Positions 1 through 9,429 of a DNA stretch of 62,342 bases are shown here, piece after piece. The translations under genes were made by a program, and so were the position numbers. Below the pieces are notes generated by a model that was not told where the DNA came from, did not search any database, and was given only the letters and a program-made list of their open reading frames with translations. The stretch is taken from assembly GCA_012512925.1 (NCBI GenBank), contig JAAZDE010000131.1, positions 1 through 62,342 of the forward strand, written 5' to 3'. Within the stretch, counting starts at the first letter, position 1. Every line of letters begins with the position of its first letter. The stretch is from Desulfuromonadaceae bacterium. GTDB lineage: Bacteria > Desulfobacterota > Desulfuromonadia > Desulfuromonadales > JAAYDE01.

Positions 1-109
1 CAAAGGTCTTTTTATCGAGATCGAAGAGGAGAAAGCGGGCGGCGCGGCCGAAACGGCTGTCCACGGGGGCATCAAGGTTTTCCCCCGAGGTGGTGAAAGC
101 GATTTTCAT
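1..109 (-). CDS. NifB/NifX-family (dinitrogenase FeMo-cofactor-biosynthesis-like) small protein; N-terminal fragment that continues past the window start
   Basis: Minus-strand ATG at 107-109. The translation MKIAFTTSGENLDAPVDSRFGRAARFLLFDLDKKTF matches the typical N-terminus of this family. It is the fourth gene of the minus-strand cluster at 1-1860. Confidence 0.6.
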   Translation of the reverse strand, partial: MKIAFTTSGENLDAPVDSRFGRAARFLLFDLDKKTF

Positions 110-185
110 GATGCGGCATTCCTCTCTTTAATGGCTTGGAAAATCTTACAAATAATCCGTTTTATGAATGTTTTCCGGCTGACCG

Positions 186-629
186 TCAATCGTACATGAC
201 CATGATTTCAGGCGCTTCACCGATCAGTTCGGGAGCGGTCCTGGCCATGGCGCTCTCCTTCCAGAAGGGGAGTTTCTCGTGGGCTTTCAAATACTTCATT
301 GGGATGGGATGGGTGCCGATGACCACCGGAAGTTCGAAGTGGGTTTCAATGAAGGTTTTAAAGCGGCGGATGTTGGGGCATGGCGGATAGCCGACAACCA
401 GTCCCGTCGCCAGGTGAACCACCTGGGCGCCGTTTTTTAAAAATTCGCCGGGGACATATTCGACGTTGCCGCCGGGGCATCCTCCGCAGGTGGAATAGCC
501 AACAATTTCAACATCTTCCGATGTTGGATAACGGGAAAAGGCGCCGTGCCGTTCCCGTAAGGCGCGCAGGCATTTGCCCCCGCCACAATTTTGGTAGCGG
601 GCGCAGATGATGATGGCGATTTTTTTCAT
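186..629 (-). CDS. CGGC domain-containing protein
   Basis: Internal ATG at 627-629 (MKKIAIIICARYQNCGGGKC...). Motifs CGGGKC and STCGGCPGG match the CGGC domain. The ORF-track start at 719 adds an implausible leader. Confidence 0.8.
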   Translation of the reverse strand: MKKIAIIICARYQNCGGGKCLRALRERHGAFSRYPTSEDVEIVGYSTCGGCPGGNVEYVPGEFLKNGAQVVHLATGLVVGYPPCPNIRRFKTFIETHFELPVVIGTHPIPMKYLKAHEKLPFWKESAMARTAPELIGEAPEIMVMYD

Positions 630-734
630 TTTATCTCCGGGACGGGAAATGGTTATAGGGAAGATGGTGCCAACACAGGTTCTGCCGGAATACCGGTCAG
701 AACCTGTGTTGTTCGGCACACCCTGTAAAACAGC

Positions 735-1094
735 TTAATCCTCGGCCGCTCCGGCTTCCAGTTCACACAGGCGTTTGTTGATGTTGTCCAACTGGGCCTG
801 CAGAGTTTCCGCCTGATTCCGAAGCGTCCTTTTCTCGATATCGGGATTGGCCTGGCCATAAGGGCCGCTGGAGGCCATTCCAAACCCGGAACGCATCCAA
901 CCGGGCTGACCGGTTGCCCAGTAACAATTTCTCCAGCCTCGACCACCGCCGCCGAAGCCCACTCCGCCACGGCCAAAGCCGCGGCCGGGGATCGGATTGG
1001 CAAAACCGGGCATACCATATCCGGCACAGTAACCTGCTCCCCGCCCGGTCAACTCTCCCATTCCAAAAGGACCTGTTCCATCTCCTCGTGGCAT
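735..1094 (-). CDS. DUF5320-type protein (Gly/Arg-rich with a C-terminal coiled coil)
   Basis: The N-terminus MPRGDGTGPFGMGELTGRGAGYCAGYGMPG is characteristic of DUF5320. It has a GRGFGRGGVGFGGGGRG low-complexity centre and a helical tail AETLQAQLDNINKRLCELE. A GAAAGGAG RBS lies upstream of the ATG at 1092-1094. Confidence 0.8.
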   Translation of the reverse strand: MPRGDGTGPFGMGELTGRGAGYCAGYGMPGFANPIPGRGFGRGGVGFGGGGRGWRNCYWATGQPGWMRSGFGMASSGPYGQANPDIEKRTLRNQAETLQAQLDNINKRLCELEAGAAED

Positions 1095-1212
1095 AATGAT
1101 TTCTCCTTTCGATTTTTGCTGTAATGCTCTGGTTGACCTTAAAGGGTCGATACTTGATGCCCGTCGGTTGGTGTTTGCAGTGTCTTTTGCCGCGGACCTT
1201 TTTCAACCCTGG

Positions 1213-1860
1213 TCATGCCTGACGGATCATGGCAACTCCGCACTCAGGGCAGCGGAGCTGATTGCAGGGTACCCCCCGCTGATGGGGTTCTTTTCGGCCG
1301 CATTTGGGACAGACGCAGAGACCTTCGGGCCCGGCCGCAGCGGGACCGCCCATCCGTCCCCGCCCCGCTCCACTGGGCCCTTGACCACGACCGCCTCCAC
1401 CACCCATGCCACCGCCCATACCGCCACCACGTCCGCCGCCCATGCCACCGCCCTGTCCTTTTCCATTCATAGGTAAATCCTCCCGATTGATAAAGGTACC
1501 GTCCTCAAAGTGCTGTTTCCAGCGGCCGCAGCATCCGGGCATGGCGAAGCGATCACTTTGCAGCGTGCCATCGAGCCAGGCCTGAACAACCCTTCGAAAA
1601 TCACCGGCGACAAAGGGAATGACATGAATGCCGCGAGTGGTAATGGCTATTTCCATGGAACGGGAAATGGCCCCGCACACCAGTTCCTCGATGCCCAACC
1701 GCTGCAGGCTCAAGGCCTTTTCCATCGGCAAAGCCCGGGGCAGGCCGATCTGTCTTTCGGCGACCACCGCTCCGGCTTCCATTTCCAAAAGGTAAAGCCG
1801 CCCGGCAACGTCGAAGACCGGTGCGATTCTGTCGTTCCAGACCGTAAATGCGGCTTTCAT
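1213..1860 (-). CDS. NifB/NifX-family domain fused to a Gly-rich linker and a C-terminal zinc ribbon
   Basis: ATG at 1858-1860 (MKAAFTVWNDRIAPVFDVAGRLYLLE...). It has a NifX-like N-domain, a GGGMGGGRGGGMGGGMGGGGGRG linker, and then CVCPKCG...CPECG (a four-Cys ribbon). Confidence 0.8.
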   Translation of the reverse strand: MKAAFTVWNDRIAPVFDVAGRLYLLEMEAGAVVAERQIGLPRALPMEKALSLQRLGIEELVCGAISRSMEIAITTRGIHVIPFVAGDFRRVVQAWLDGTLQSDRFAMPGCCGRWKQHFEDGTFINREDLPMNGKGQGGGMGGGRGGGMGGGMGGGGGRGQGPSGAGRGRMGGPAAAGPEGLCVCPKCGRKEPHQRGVPCNQLRCPECGVAMIRQA

Positions 1861-2244
1861 GATTATCCGAACCTTGTCTCTCACGTTTTGATAATATTAA
1901 GAGCATTGATCGTGCCGGATCCTTTAAAAACCGAAAGATCTCTTCAATATATTGATTTTGTTATATTTTTTATTTTTTAAAAGAATAAATGGAAGAAATA
2001 AAGTCGCCCGAATGGAACTCTTTTGGGCTTTTAGAGATGCATTGATGAGACTGTATATATTTTTTCTGGATTTGGTTTCACAGGGAAGGAAATTTCAATG
2101 GGCCCATAAAAACGCTGGCCTTCTGCAAACCTCAGACCTGGCCAAAGGTACAACTCGTCATCAGTCAGTTGAGGTTTTCGGATAATGCCGGGATCGAGAA
2201 GAAACAGCTGCTGACCCGTTATCAAGGTGATTCGGCGGGATTCC

Positions 2245-4914
2245 CTAATGAAGTTCCTTCATCTCGGCACTGAGAAATTTCAGGAATTCATCGGGAGGCA
2301 GAGCTCTGCTGAACAGATGGCCTTGGAACTCACGGCACCCGTTTTCGGCGAGAAACTGGAGATGTTCGGGGGTTTCCACCCCCTCTGCCACGGAAGTGAT
2401 CCCCAGTTTGTGGGCGATGGCCAGGATGCACTGAACAACGACTGCCGCACTGGGGTCTTTGGGGGCGTTGGAAATAAACGAGCGGTCGATTTTGAGGTAG
2501 CCCAGCTTGAATTCCCTGAGGTTGCTGAAATTGGAGAACCCGGTGCCGAAGTCGTCAAGCTGCAGGGTCAACCCCATATCCTTGAGCTGGCCCATAATCC
2601 TTATGGCGCCGGGGATATCCTGAAGAACCATGCTTTCGGTCAATTCCAGGCTGAATCTCCGCGGATCTGCCGCAGTTTTTTTGAAAACATCCTGAATTTT
2701 TTTGACAAAAGATGCCTGGCGAAACTGACGTGCGGATATGTTAATCGATATCTGGATCGGCGGAATACCCAGGTTTTCCCAGATTTTTGATTGTCGACAG
2801 GCTTCTTCCAGTACCCATCCGCTGAGAGGAAAAATCAAACCGCTCTCCTCAGCAACGGCGATGAAATGGTCGGGCGTCAACACCCCTTTTTGGGGGTGTT
2901 GCCAACGCAGCAACGCTTCGCATCCCAAAACACGTCCGCTTTGGATGTCAGCTTTCGGCTGATAATAAAGAAGGAACTCCCCTTTTTTGAAGGCCTCCCG
3001 CAGTTCACTTTCCAGGGAAAACATTTCCTGGGCCTTGACGGTCATTTCCGGGGAGAAATAGCGGAAGGTATCGCCACCTTCTTTCTTGGCCTGATACATG
3101 GCCAGATCGGCTCTTTTGATCAGGGTTTCCGGGTCGGAACCGTCCTGGGGAAAAACACTGATGCCAATGCTGCCCTGAATTTCCAGATGGTGGCCGTTGA
3201 TCTCCATGGGATAAGAGAGATTGTCCAGTATTTTTTGGGTTATCAACCCGACATCATCCAAATCGAGAATTTCGGCCAGCACAATAGAGAATTCGTCTCC
3301 TCCGAACCTCGCTACTGTGTCGTATTTGCGGACGGATGCGGTCAGGCGCTTTGCCACTTCATCCAGTAAAAGGTCACCGGTACCGTGCCCCAGAATGTCA
3401 TTGACCCGTTTGAAACGATCCAGGTCCAACAAAAGAATGGCAATATTCTTGTTCGAGCGGGCGGCGTAGGCCATGCTCTGCCAAATTCGATCTTCCAAAA
3501 GGCGCCGGTTGGCCAAACCAGTCAATGTGTCATGGGTCGCCTTGTGTTCCAGTTCCCGGTCATAATCCTTCCGCTCGGTGATATCCATGACAGTGAAACA
3601 GAGTGCGCCGGAATGATCGCTCAGATCGAGGGGCACCGAACTCAAATAGACATCGATCACCTCACCATCTTTCCGTTTAACGCGGGTTTCGATCTCCCCG
3701 AACCCCTTTTGGGCGATATCTTGATATTGCAATCGCCTCACTCGGTCAAATTCTTCATCGTTTTCATAGAGCATCCGGGAGCTATTCCCCTTTATTTCCT
3801 CCGCGGAATAACCAAACATCTTCAAAAAGAAATCATTGGTCCAACGGAAAATTCGATTCTCGATCAGGCCTATCCCGATGGGAGAGGCTTTTAAAATACT
3901 GTCGAGAGTAGCTTCACGTTTTTTAAGTTTTTCCTCGGCATCCTTGCGACTGGTAACGTCGCGGTCCACCCCCCGAAAACCTAATAGATTGTTGTCTTTG
4001 TCGAAAAACGGCCTCCCGCTGGTTTCGACCACCACCAGATGTCCGTTTTTATGGAATACCGTATGTTCAAAACCACTGAACGCCTCGCGCTGATTCACCA
4101 ATTCCGTGAAAAATTCCCTGGCTCGTTTTCCTCCCAGCCTTGGCATCAGATTGAAAGGTTGCCTGCCGATCATCTCTTTCGGTTCGTAACCCAACAGATC
4201 CCTGATCCGGGGACTGACATAGGTGTAAACCCATTCCCGGTCAACTTCCCAAACCGTATCGTTTATGGCTTCCGCCAGATTCTGGAACTTTTTCAGGCTC
4301 TCTTCGAGAAATTCCCCGTTTCTTTTGATTTCTTTTATTTCCGATGCGCACTGCAGGTTAAAGTAACCCAAATGGGTGAACATGGACAACATCTTGACGT
4401 AGAACTCTACGATATTCCTGACCTTCTCCTTGCTCCAGCGAGGCACCCGCATCAGTGCGGCGATATAGTCCTCTTTATTGAAGCCGAAACGTTCCGCCTG
4501 TTGTTCGAACCAAACGATGTCGGGAGCCTCATCTTCATAAAGAAAATGCCCCAGGAAAAAATTTCCCACATGCTTCCCTGAGACCATGAGAGGGGTTATG
4601 ACATCCCAAAGATTGTTTTTGCATCGGTATGCCAGGCATTTACCCTCTTTTACATTTCGAGTCAAAAAACAGTCTTTTTCGAAGCAATGAGCCCGGGTAT
4701 GGGGATGGGTTTTGTGAAATCTGGCACAGATATCCTGGCACCCTGCCTTGACCAGCACTTTCCCCTTCAGATCGGCGATCATGAAACACCCCTCCGTCAG
4801 GCGGTGGAAGAGATCCATGATCTGCTGAATCCTGGACAAATCGAGAATTTTTTCCAGAGAGATTTCCCTCGAATCGCAGGAAAACGGAGAAGGGTTTTTT
4901 ATCACTGGTTCCAA
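2245..4914 (-). CDS. PocR-PAS-PAS-GGDEF-EAL c-di-GMP signalling protein
   Basis: The N-terminal Cys/His-rich PocR-like sensor reads ...CQDICARFHKTHPHTRAHCFEKDC...CKNNLWD. Two PAS-like blocks follow. GGDEF is intact (RFGGDEFSIVL) with an RxxD I-site (RKYD) five residues upstream. EAL is intact (GCEALLRW). The start appears to be TTG at 4912-4914, preceded by AAGAGG. The first in-frame ATG would truncate the PocR domain. Confidence 0.9.
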   Translation of the reverse strand: MEPVIKNPSPFSCDSREISLEKILDLSRIQQIMDLFHRLTEGCFMIADLKGKVLVKAGCQDICARFHKTHPHTRAHCFEKDCFLTRNVKEGKCLAYRCKNNLWDVITPLMVSGKHVGNFFLGHFLYEDEAPDIVWFEQQAERFGFNKEDYIAALMRVPRWSKEKVRNIVEFYVKMLSMFTHLGYFNLQCASEIKEIKRNGEFLEESLKKFQNLAEAINDTVWEVDREWVYTYVSPRIRDLLGYEPKEMIGRQPFNLMPRLGGKRAREFFTELVNQREAFSGFEHTVFHKNGHLVVVETSGRPFFDKDNNLLGFRGVDRDVTSRKDAEEKLKKREATLDSILKASPIGIGLIENRIFRWTNDFFLKMFGYSAEEIKGNSSRMLYENDEEFDRVRRLQYQDIAQKGFGEIETRVKRKDGEVIDVYLSSVPLDLSDHSGALCFTVMDITERKDYDRELEHKATHDTLTGLANRRLLEDRIWQSMAYAARSNKNIAILLLDLDRFKRVNDILGHGTGDLLLDEVAKRLTASVRKYDTVARFGGDEFSIVLAEILDLDDVGLITQKILDNLSYPMEINGHHLEIQGSIGISVFPQDGSDPETLIKRADLAMYQAKKEGGDTFRYFSPEMTVKAQEMFSLESELREAFKKGEFLLYYQPKADIQSGRVLGCEALLRWQHPQKGVLTPDHFIAVAEESGLIFPLSGWVLEEACRQSKIWENLGIPPIQISINISARQFRQASFVKKIQDVFKKTAADPRRFSLELTESMVLQDIPGAIRIMGQLKDMGLTLQLDDFGTGFSNFSNLREFKLGYLKIDRSFISNAPKDPSAAVVVQCILAIAHKLGITSVAEGVETPEHLQFLAENGCREFQGHLFSRALPPDEFLKFLSAEMKELH

Positions 4915-5382
4915 TCCAACCTCTTAAAAATTGGAAAAATCCAAATATCAAAAAAGCTTTTCAATGTTTCAATGGAAATTTTGACTCAGCCAGCAAAAAA
5001 CCGACAAATCCACCATTTTTCTACGTAAATCGCAGTCAGAAAAAAATTGTTTATTCGAATATCCTTAGCAGCATTTATTGTGCCGAAACCTTGGGACAAT
5101 TATTTTTGGAGAGTAATAATTAGTTAGCCAGTTAAAATTCTCACCTTTCAGGCGGGGGAAGGCTCGGAGGAAAGGAAATCCTCCCTTGAAATCATCTGGG
5201 TGAAATTGAACCCCTTCCCATCATACTGCCACCGAGGGAGGGAGAATCTCTTATTAAGACTTTTGCGAAAGGTCCGCCGGATTACAAATTAGAAAAAATA
5301 ATAACATATGGACATTTCGCTTTTCCAGAAAATACTTTTCTCCCAATAATATCCTTCCAAAAGCCCATTTCCGCCTGTTATC

Positions 5383-8300
5383 CTACTGTTTATCCTTTTC
5401 CTTCAGCATCCGGCGAACCTTGACCGGCCGCCACAATCCGCCGCGGGAAAACGCCTTCCATCCCCACTGCAGCCAGCGCAACAGCGACATGGCCAGCCAC
5501 AAAGCCCAGCCCAGCATCAGCAGCCGGTAGACCATCATGGGCACACTCAACACCCAGGCCTGAGGCAGAATGTCCACCGCCCGATCCTGGTACCACACAA
5601 GCTGGCCGGCTGAGGAACCATTACCGGAAATCTGCATGTGAGGATAGCCCAAAAGTCCCTGCTGAACCGAAACAAGCAGCGACAAAAGGGCCAAACCGGT
5701 CACGATCGCAAGGCCTATCTGCATGAGATTGAAAGCCCAATCCCGGTCGTCCAAAGTGACTCGGCCGCGCACGCCAAGGGCCAGCAGCCAGCAGACTACC
5801 AGTAAGGCGTTGACGGGCTGCAATTGGGTCAGGCCAATCCCCAGCAGGAGCCAGTGATGAAATTTCAAAGGGGTCAGGGAACTCCGCGCCAGTCCAAAGG
5901 CGATGGGGATCAGCACCAGCAATACCCCCCAGAACAGAACGGCGGGACCAAGCCGCGGCCCTCCCGCAAAAAGGATCCATCGATCGCGGGGCATTTCAAG
6001 GCGGATTCTGGCATTGACACTGGGGGTCCCCAGATTGACCGCCGGGGTGTGCAGAACAGACCCTGCCCCTTGCGGAATCATCCAGGCCAGGTCGACCTCT
6101 TTCTCGCCTGGGGCAAGGGGAATCGTCACCAACCGTCCTTCCTGGCGAATCGGCTGGGAGCGTCCATCGATGGAAATCTCCTGAAGTTCGGCCTGCTCGG
6201 GAAGGGTCAGCACATGCTGTCCTCCCTGGCTGCTGCGCAGGTGAAACTGCAACCGGCCCTGCGTGGCCCTGTTCCCCGGTTTTACGGTCAGCAGACTGTC
6301 ATCTATGGTCAGAGTTCGCCCGGCCACCCCTTCCGGCCGGGAGATGACAAGTTCGATTCCCTCCCCCGGCCAGGGGCGCCACTCGGGCAACCAGTTCCCG
6401 CCCGGATCCTGATGATGAACCACCGGAATCCCCTGCCATTCGACATGCCATATGGGGCTGACGTCAAGTTTCCAGCTTTCGCTCCACTGTTCCCCTGAGG
6501 CGGCTTTCAGGATCAGGCTGGGAGCAACATCAAGGACCGACTCCCAGCCGAGTTGGTTGACACCGGCGGGGATGTTCAGGGTAACCTGACCGTTGGCTGC
6601 CGGAACGCCTTCGCTGGTCACCGCTTCCCCCGGCAGCAAGGGCACAGTGATCACGGTTGGGCTTCCTCCCGCGAAGAGCCGGGTCACTTTTGTGCTGACC
6701 GTCCACCGAATGCCCAGGGCCAGGGTTCGTTCCACCCGGAAAAAGGAGGGGAGGGTCGAAGGTTCCAGAGTGGCAAGGCGTTTTTCCCCGGCCTCGGCCA
6801 GCCGCCGGAATTGCAGCTGTTGCGGCGGCCACGTTCCGTCGAGCCCTTCGATCTCCCACCCTTGACCGGAAGCAGTGAACCGCCTTGGGGGTAAAGGGAG
6901 GGGAAGAACCACCGACTCGCGGTTCGGCATGAGCCCAGCGATGGAGACCTGATGCCGACCCGAAGGCACGGGGATCCAGGTTCTGCCGTCGGAATCGAGA
7001 TAAAGCGGCGCGGGCTGACCGTCCAGGCGAACCCGGTCCGGGATCCATTGATTCCTTTCGCCGGGGAGAGGAACGGCAACGTGAGCTTCGGCATGGATCA
7101 CCATGTCAAGGGTCAGTCGGTCAGGGGAAAACCCCACGTCGAGAGTCTGGATTTCGGCACAGTGGGGGAAGCAGTCGGCAGGCGCCAGAAGGCGTTTTTG
7201 GAGTTGGTCGAGGATTTCCGGGCCGGGGATATCAGCCTGTGCCGGGGCGGACCAGGACACCAGACCTGCGACCAGAAAAGGCAGCCAGCCGGCGCGGGGG
7301 GCGAGGTTCCATTTTCCCTCACCCTCCTTGCGCAGATCCAGAAACAGCCAGACCAAAAGACCCAGCAGCAAAACGCGGATAAAAGCCAGCAGGAGGTTCA
7401 TCCCAGGGGAAAGAAAGACCAGTTTCAGGCTTTGGGACACCTTTACCGGACCGTTCCAGCGGACGGGAACCGACCGCCACTGCCATTGGGGCAGGCCCGG
7501 CCCCGTCTGCACCTTGGCATTGGATTCATGCAGCAGTAGACGTTTGTCGCTCTTCTTGTTTATCGGCGCCGCCGGATAGGGCAAAGAAGCCGCCTCCTTT
7601 GAAGCGGTGCGGTCCATGGTTTCCAGAAGCATCTCCGGTCTCTTGGTTCTCATGGAAACTGCCGCCGGCAGGCCGCTCCGCTGCTGGTCGAAACCACCGT
7701 ATCGCAACTCCAGCTGCGGATAAATTCCGGAACGAATCTGGGTGACGGCGAAAGGGAGGAAAAAAATCAGCAACGCCACCAGGGAGAAATTCCGGTAGAG
7801 GCCGGCAAAGGTTCTGGCCCGCCCGGAGGGAAGCACCCGCACCAGGGCCACGGCGGCCAGAAGATGCAGCCAGACCCAACGCGGAGCGCCCGGCTCATGA
7901 TAGGACAAGCCCAGGGAGAGCAGGGCCAGGACCCCCCAAGACCAGCCCCAGAGCTTGCCGGCGGCAAGGGAAATCAACAGCACCACAAACAGGTCAAACA
8001 GGCTCCATTGGGTGATCCAGGTCCCGGGGATGGAATCGGCGCCGACGGCGTGAAGCAACCGCCACCCGGGAGGCAGGTTGAGTGTCGCCTGGACGCTGAC
8101 GAAATCCTGGTTCCAGCCGGTGGCGGGAATTTCCCTTGCGCTGCTTTCCAGGCGACTGTCGGCGACCATCTCCAACTGGCCGCGCCGAACCTCCACCCCC
8201 GCCCCGGAACCGTCCGTGGTGCGGGTGATGAAGCGATCCACCCCGTCGATGGAAACCCGGCCGAGATCAGCGGGAGGCAACAGCTCCAAACGCCAGCCCC

Positions 8301-9429
8301 GGGTCATTGACCCGCTGATGCGATCCTGCATAGTAAATCCCCCGCCATCGAAGTCCAGCCACAAGGTTCGTTGAAGAGAGAGCTGGTCCGGCGCCGGGTC
8401 GGGATCCCCCCGACGTTTTTCCTTCACCGTCAGGGTTTCTCCGGGATGGGCAATAAAGGCGGGGAAAGAGGCCCACTGCGAGGGAAGGTTGGTCAGTTTG
8501 GGGTCGATCGGAGTCAACCCTTCCAAAGCGACCAGCCGCAGATGGGGACGGGTTTCAAAGGACCAGATTTCCTCGGCGGGCCATTGTTCCGAAGAAGGGC
8601 CCATCGATAAATGGGTCAAAGAGCCCTGATGGCGGGCGACGATTTCAAGAACCCAGCGCCCCGGACGGATCTGGACACGCAACCGGCCATCGGGCTCGAT
8701 GCGGATCGGCAGCGCGCTTTGCAGGGAAGCCGGAATGAAATCGGCGGGGAGGGCCTTGCCGAGAAGAACCTCCCGTGAGCGGCCGCTGACATCGAGAACC
8801 AGGCGGGTGGTCAAAACGACGGGGATATCATCGGTCAGTTTCCGGAAAACCTGAATCTGCAGCTTATCCTCAAGGGCGGCTTCCCCCGCTCTTTTCCCTC
8901 GCAGCCAAAGCCGGCCGTCCTTTTCTATCCGCGGCGTTTCCTCTTTCCCCTCGATGGAGAGACGGACCAGGCCTGCCGAGGGTGGAATGACCAGGGTTTC
9001 CGGGAGATTATCCCAGATAAAAAGCCCCTCCAGACGGTGTTTTCCGGCAGTCAAAAGAACCGAAGGCCCAGTGGACTGAAAGGTGACCACGGCCGGTTTG
9101 CCGTTGACACGAACCTCTTGGGGCCAGTGCCGCTCCCCGGCCGGAAGCAACACCCTCCCCGGCGCGAAAAGCTCCCAGGTCTGAGTGAATTTCCCCCCCC
9201 GGGGTCCGACTTCGAGGTCCAGTTCGCCCGGCCACAGACACCAGTGATCACCGGAAGCATTGAAGGAAGGGGGACAAACCGCCTCTTCCTGGCCGTAAAG
9301 GGACCAGGAGACCCAGGGTTTCAAGGGATCCGGAACCTCCTCCTGCGTCAGTGGTTTGCTCCAGGCGGGAACGATCGAAAAAACAACCAGAAAAAGACCC
9401 CAAAAAGCATGCCTCCATGATCCCATCAT
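5383..9429 (-). CDS. Large internally duplicated membrane protein of unknown function (1348 aa)
   Basis: Uninterrupted ORF with an ATG-ATG start and an N-terminal signal peptide (WGLFLVVFSIVPAWS). It has two long soluble regions, each followed by a block of hydrophobic helices. I recognise no catalytic motif. Confidence 0.85.
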   Translation of the reverse strand: MMGSWRHAFWGLFLVVFSIVPAWSKPLTQEEVPDPLKPWVSWSLYGQEEAVCPPSFNASGDHWCLWPGELDLEVGPRGGKFTQTWELFAPGRVLLPAGERHWPQEVRVNGKPAVVTFQSTGPSVLLTAGKHRLEGLFIWDNLPETLVIPPSAGLVRLSIEGKEETPRIEKDGRLWLRGKRAGEAALEDKLQIQVFRKLTDDIPVVLTTRLVLDVSGRSREVLLGKALPADFIPASLQSALPIRIEPDGRLRVQIRPGRWVLEIVARHQGSLTHLSMGPSSEQWPAEEIWSFETRPHLRLVALEGLTPIDPKLTNLPSQWASFPAFIAHPGETLTVKEKRRGDPDPAPDQLSLQRTLWLDFDGGGFTMQDRISGSMTRGWRLELLPPADLGRVSIDGVDRFITRTTDGSGAGVEVRRGQLEMVADSRLESSAREIPATGWNQDFVSVQATLNLPPGWRLLHAVGADSIPGTWITQWSLFDLFVVLLISLAAGKLWGWSWGVLALLSLGLSYHEPGAPRWVWLHLLAAVALVRVLPSGRARTFAGLYRNFSLVALLIFFLPFAVTQIRSGIYPQLELRYGGFDQQRSGLPAAVSMRTKRPEMLLETMDRTASKEAASLPYPAAPINKKSDKRLLLHESNAKVQTGPGLPQWQWRSVPVRWNGPVKVSQSLKLVFLSPGMNLLLAFIRVLLLGLLVWLFLDLRKEGEGKWNLAPRAGWLPFLVAGLVSWSAPAQADIPGPEILDQLQKRLLAPADCFPHCAEIQTLDVGFSPDRLTLDMVIHAEAHVAVPLPGERNQWIPDRVRLDGQPAPLYLDSDGRTWIPVPSGRHQVSIAGLMPNRESVVLPLPLPPRRFTASGQGWEIEGLDGTWPPQQLQFRRLAEAGEKRLATLEPSTLPSFFRVERTLALGIRWTVSTKVTRLFAGGSPTVITVPLLPGEAVTSEGVPAANGQVTLNIPAGVNQLGWESVLDVAPSLILKAASGEQWSESWKLDVSPIWHVEWQGIPVVHHQDPGGNWLPEWRPWPGEGIELVISRPEGVAGRTLTIDDSLLTVKPGNRATQGRLQFHLRSSQGGQHVLTLPEQAELQEISIDGRSQPIRQEGRLVTIPLAPGEKEVDLAWMIPQGAGSVLHTPAVNLGTPSVNARIRLEMPRDRWILFAGGPRLGPAVLFWGVLLVLIPIAFGLARSSLTPLKFHHWLLLGIGLTQLQPVNALLVVCWLLALGVRGRVTLDDRDWAFNLMQIGLAIVTGLALLSLLVSVQQGLLGYPHMQISGNGSSAGQLVWYQDRAVDILPQAWVLSVPMMVYRLLMLGWALWLAMSLLRWLQWGWKAFSRGGLWRPVKVRRMLKEKDKQ

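Noticed and set aside
2031-2225. 64-aa minus-strand ORF in the AT-rich spacer between the GGDEF-EAL gene and the NifX-like cluster
   Set aside because: No RBS or recognisable family. It lies in a roughly 385-nt AT-rich promoter-like region. I cannot exclude a real small gene or gene remnant, but support is insufficient to call it.
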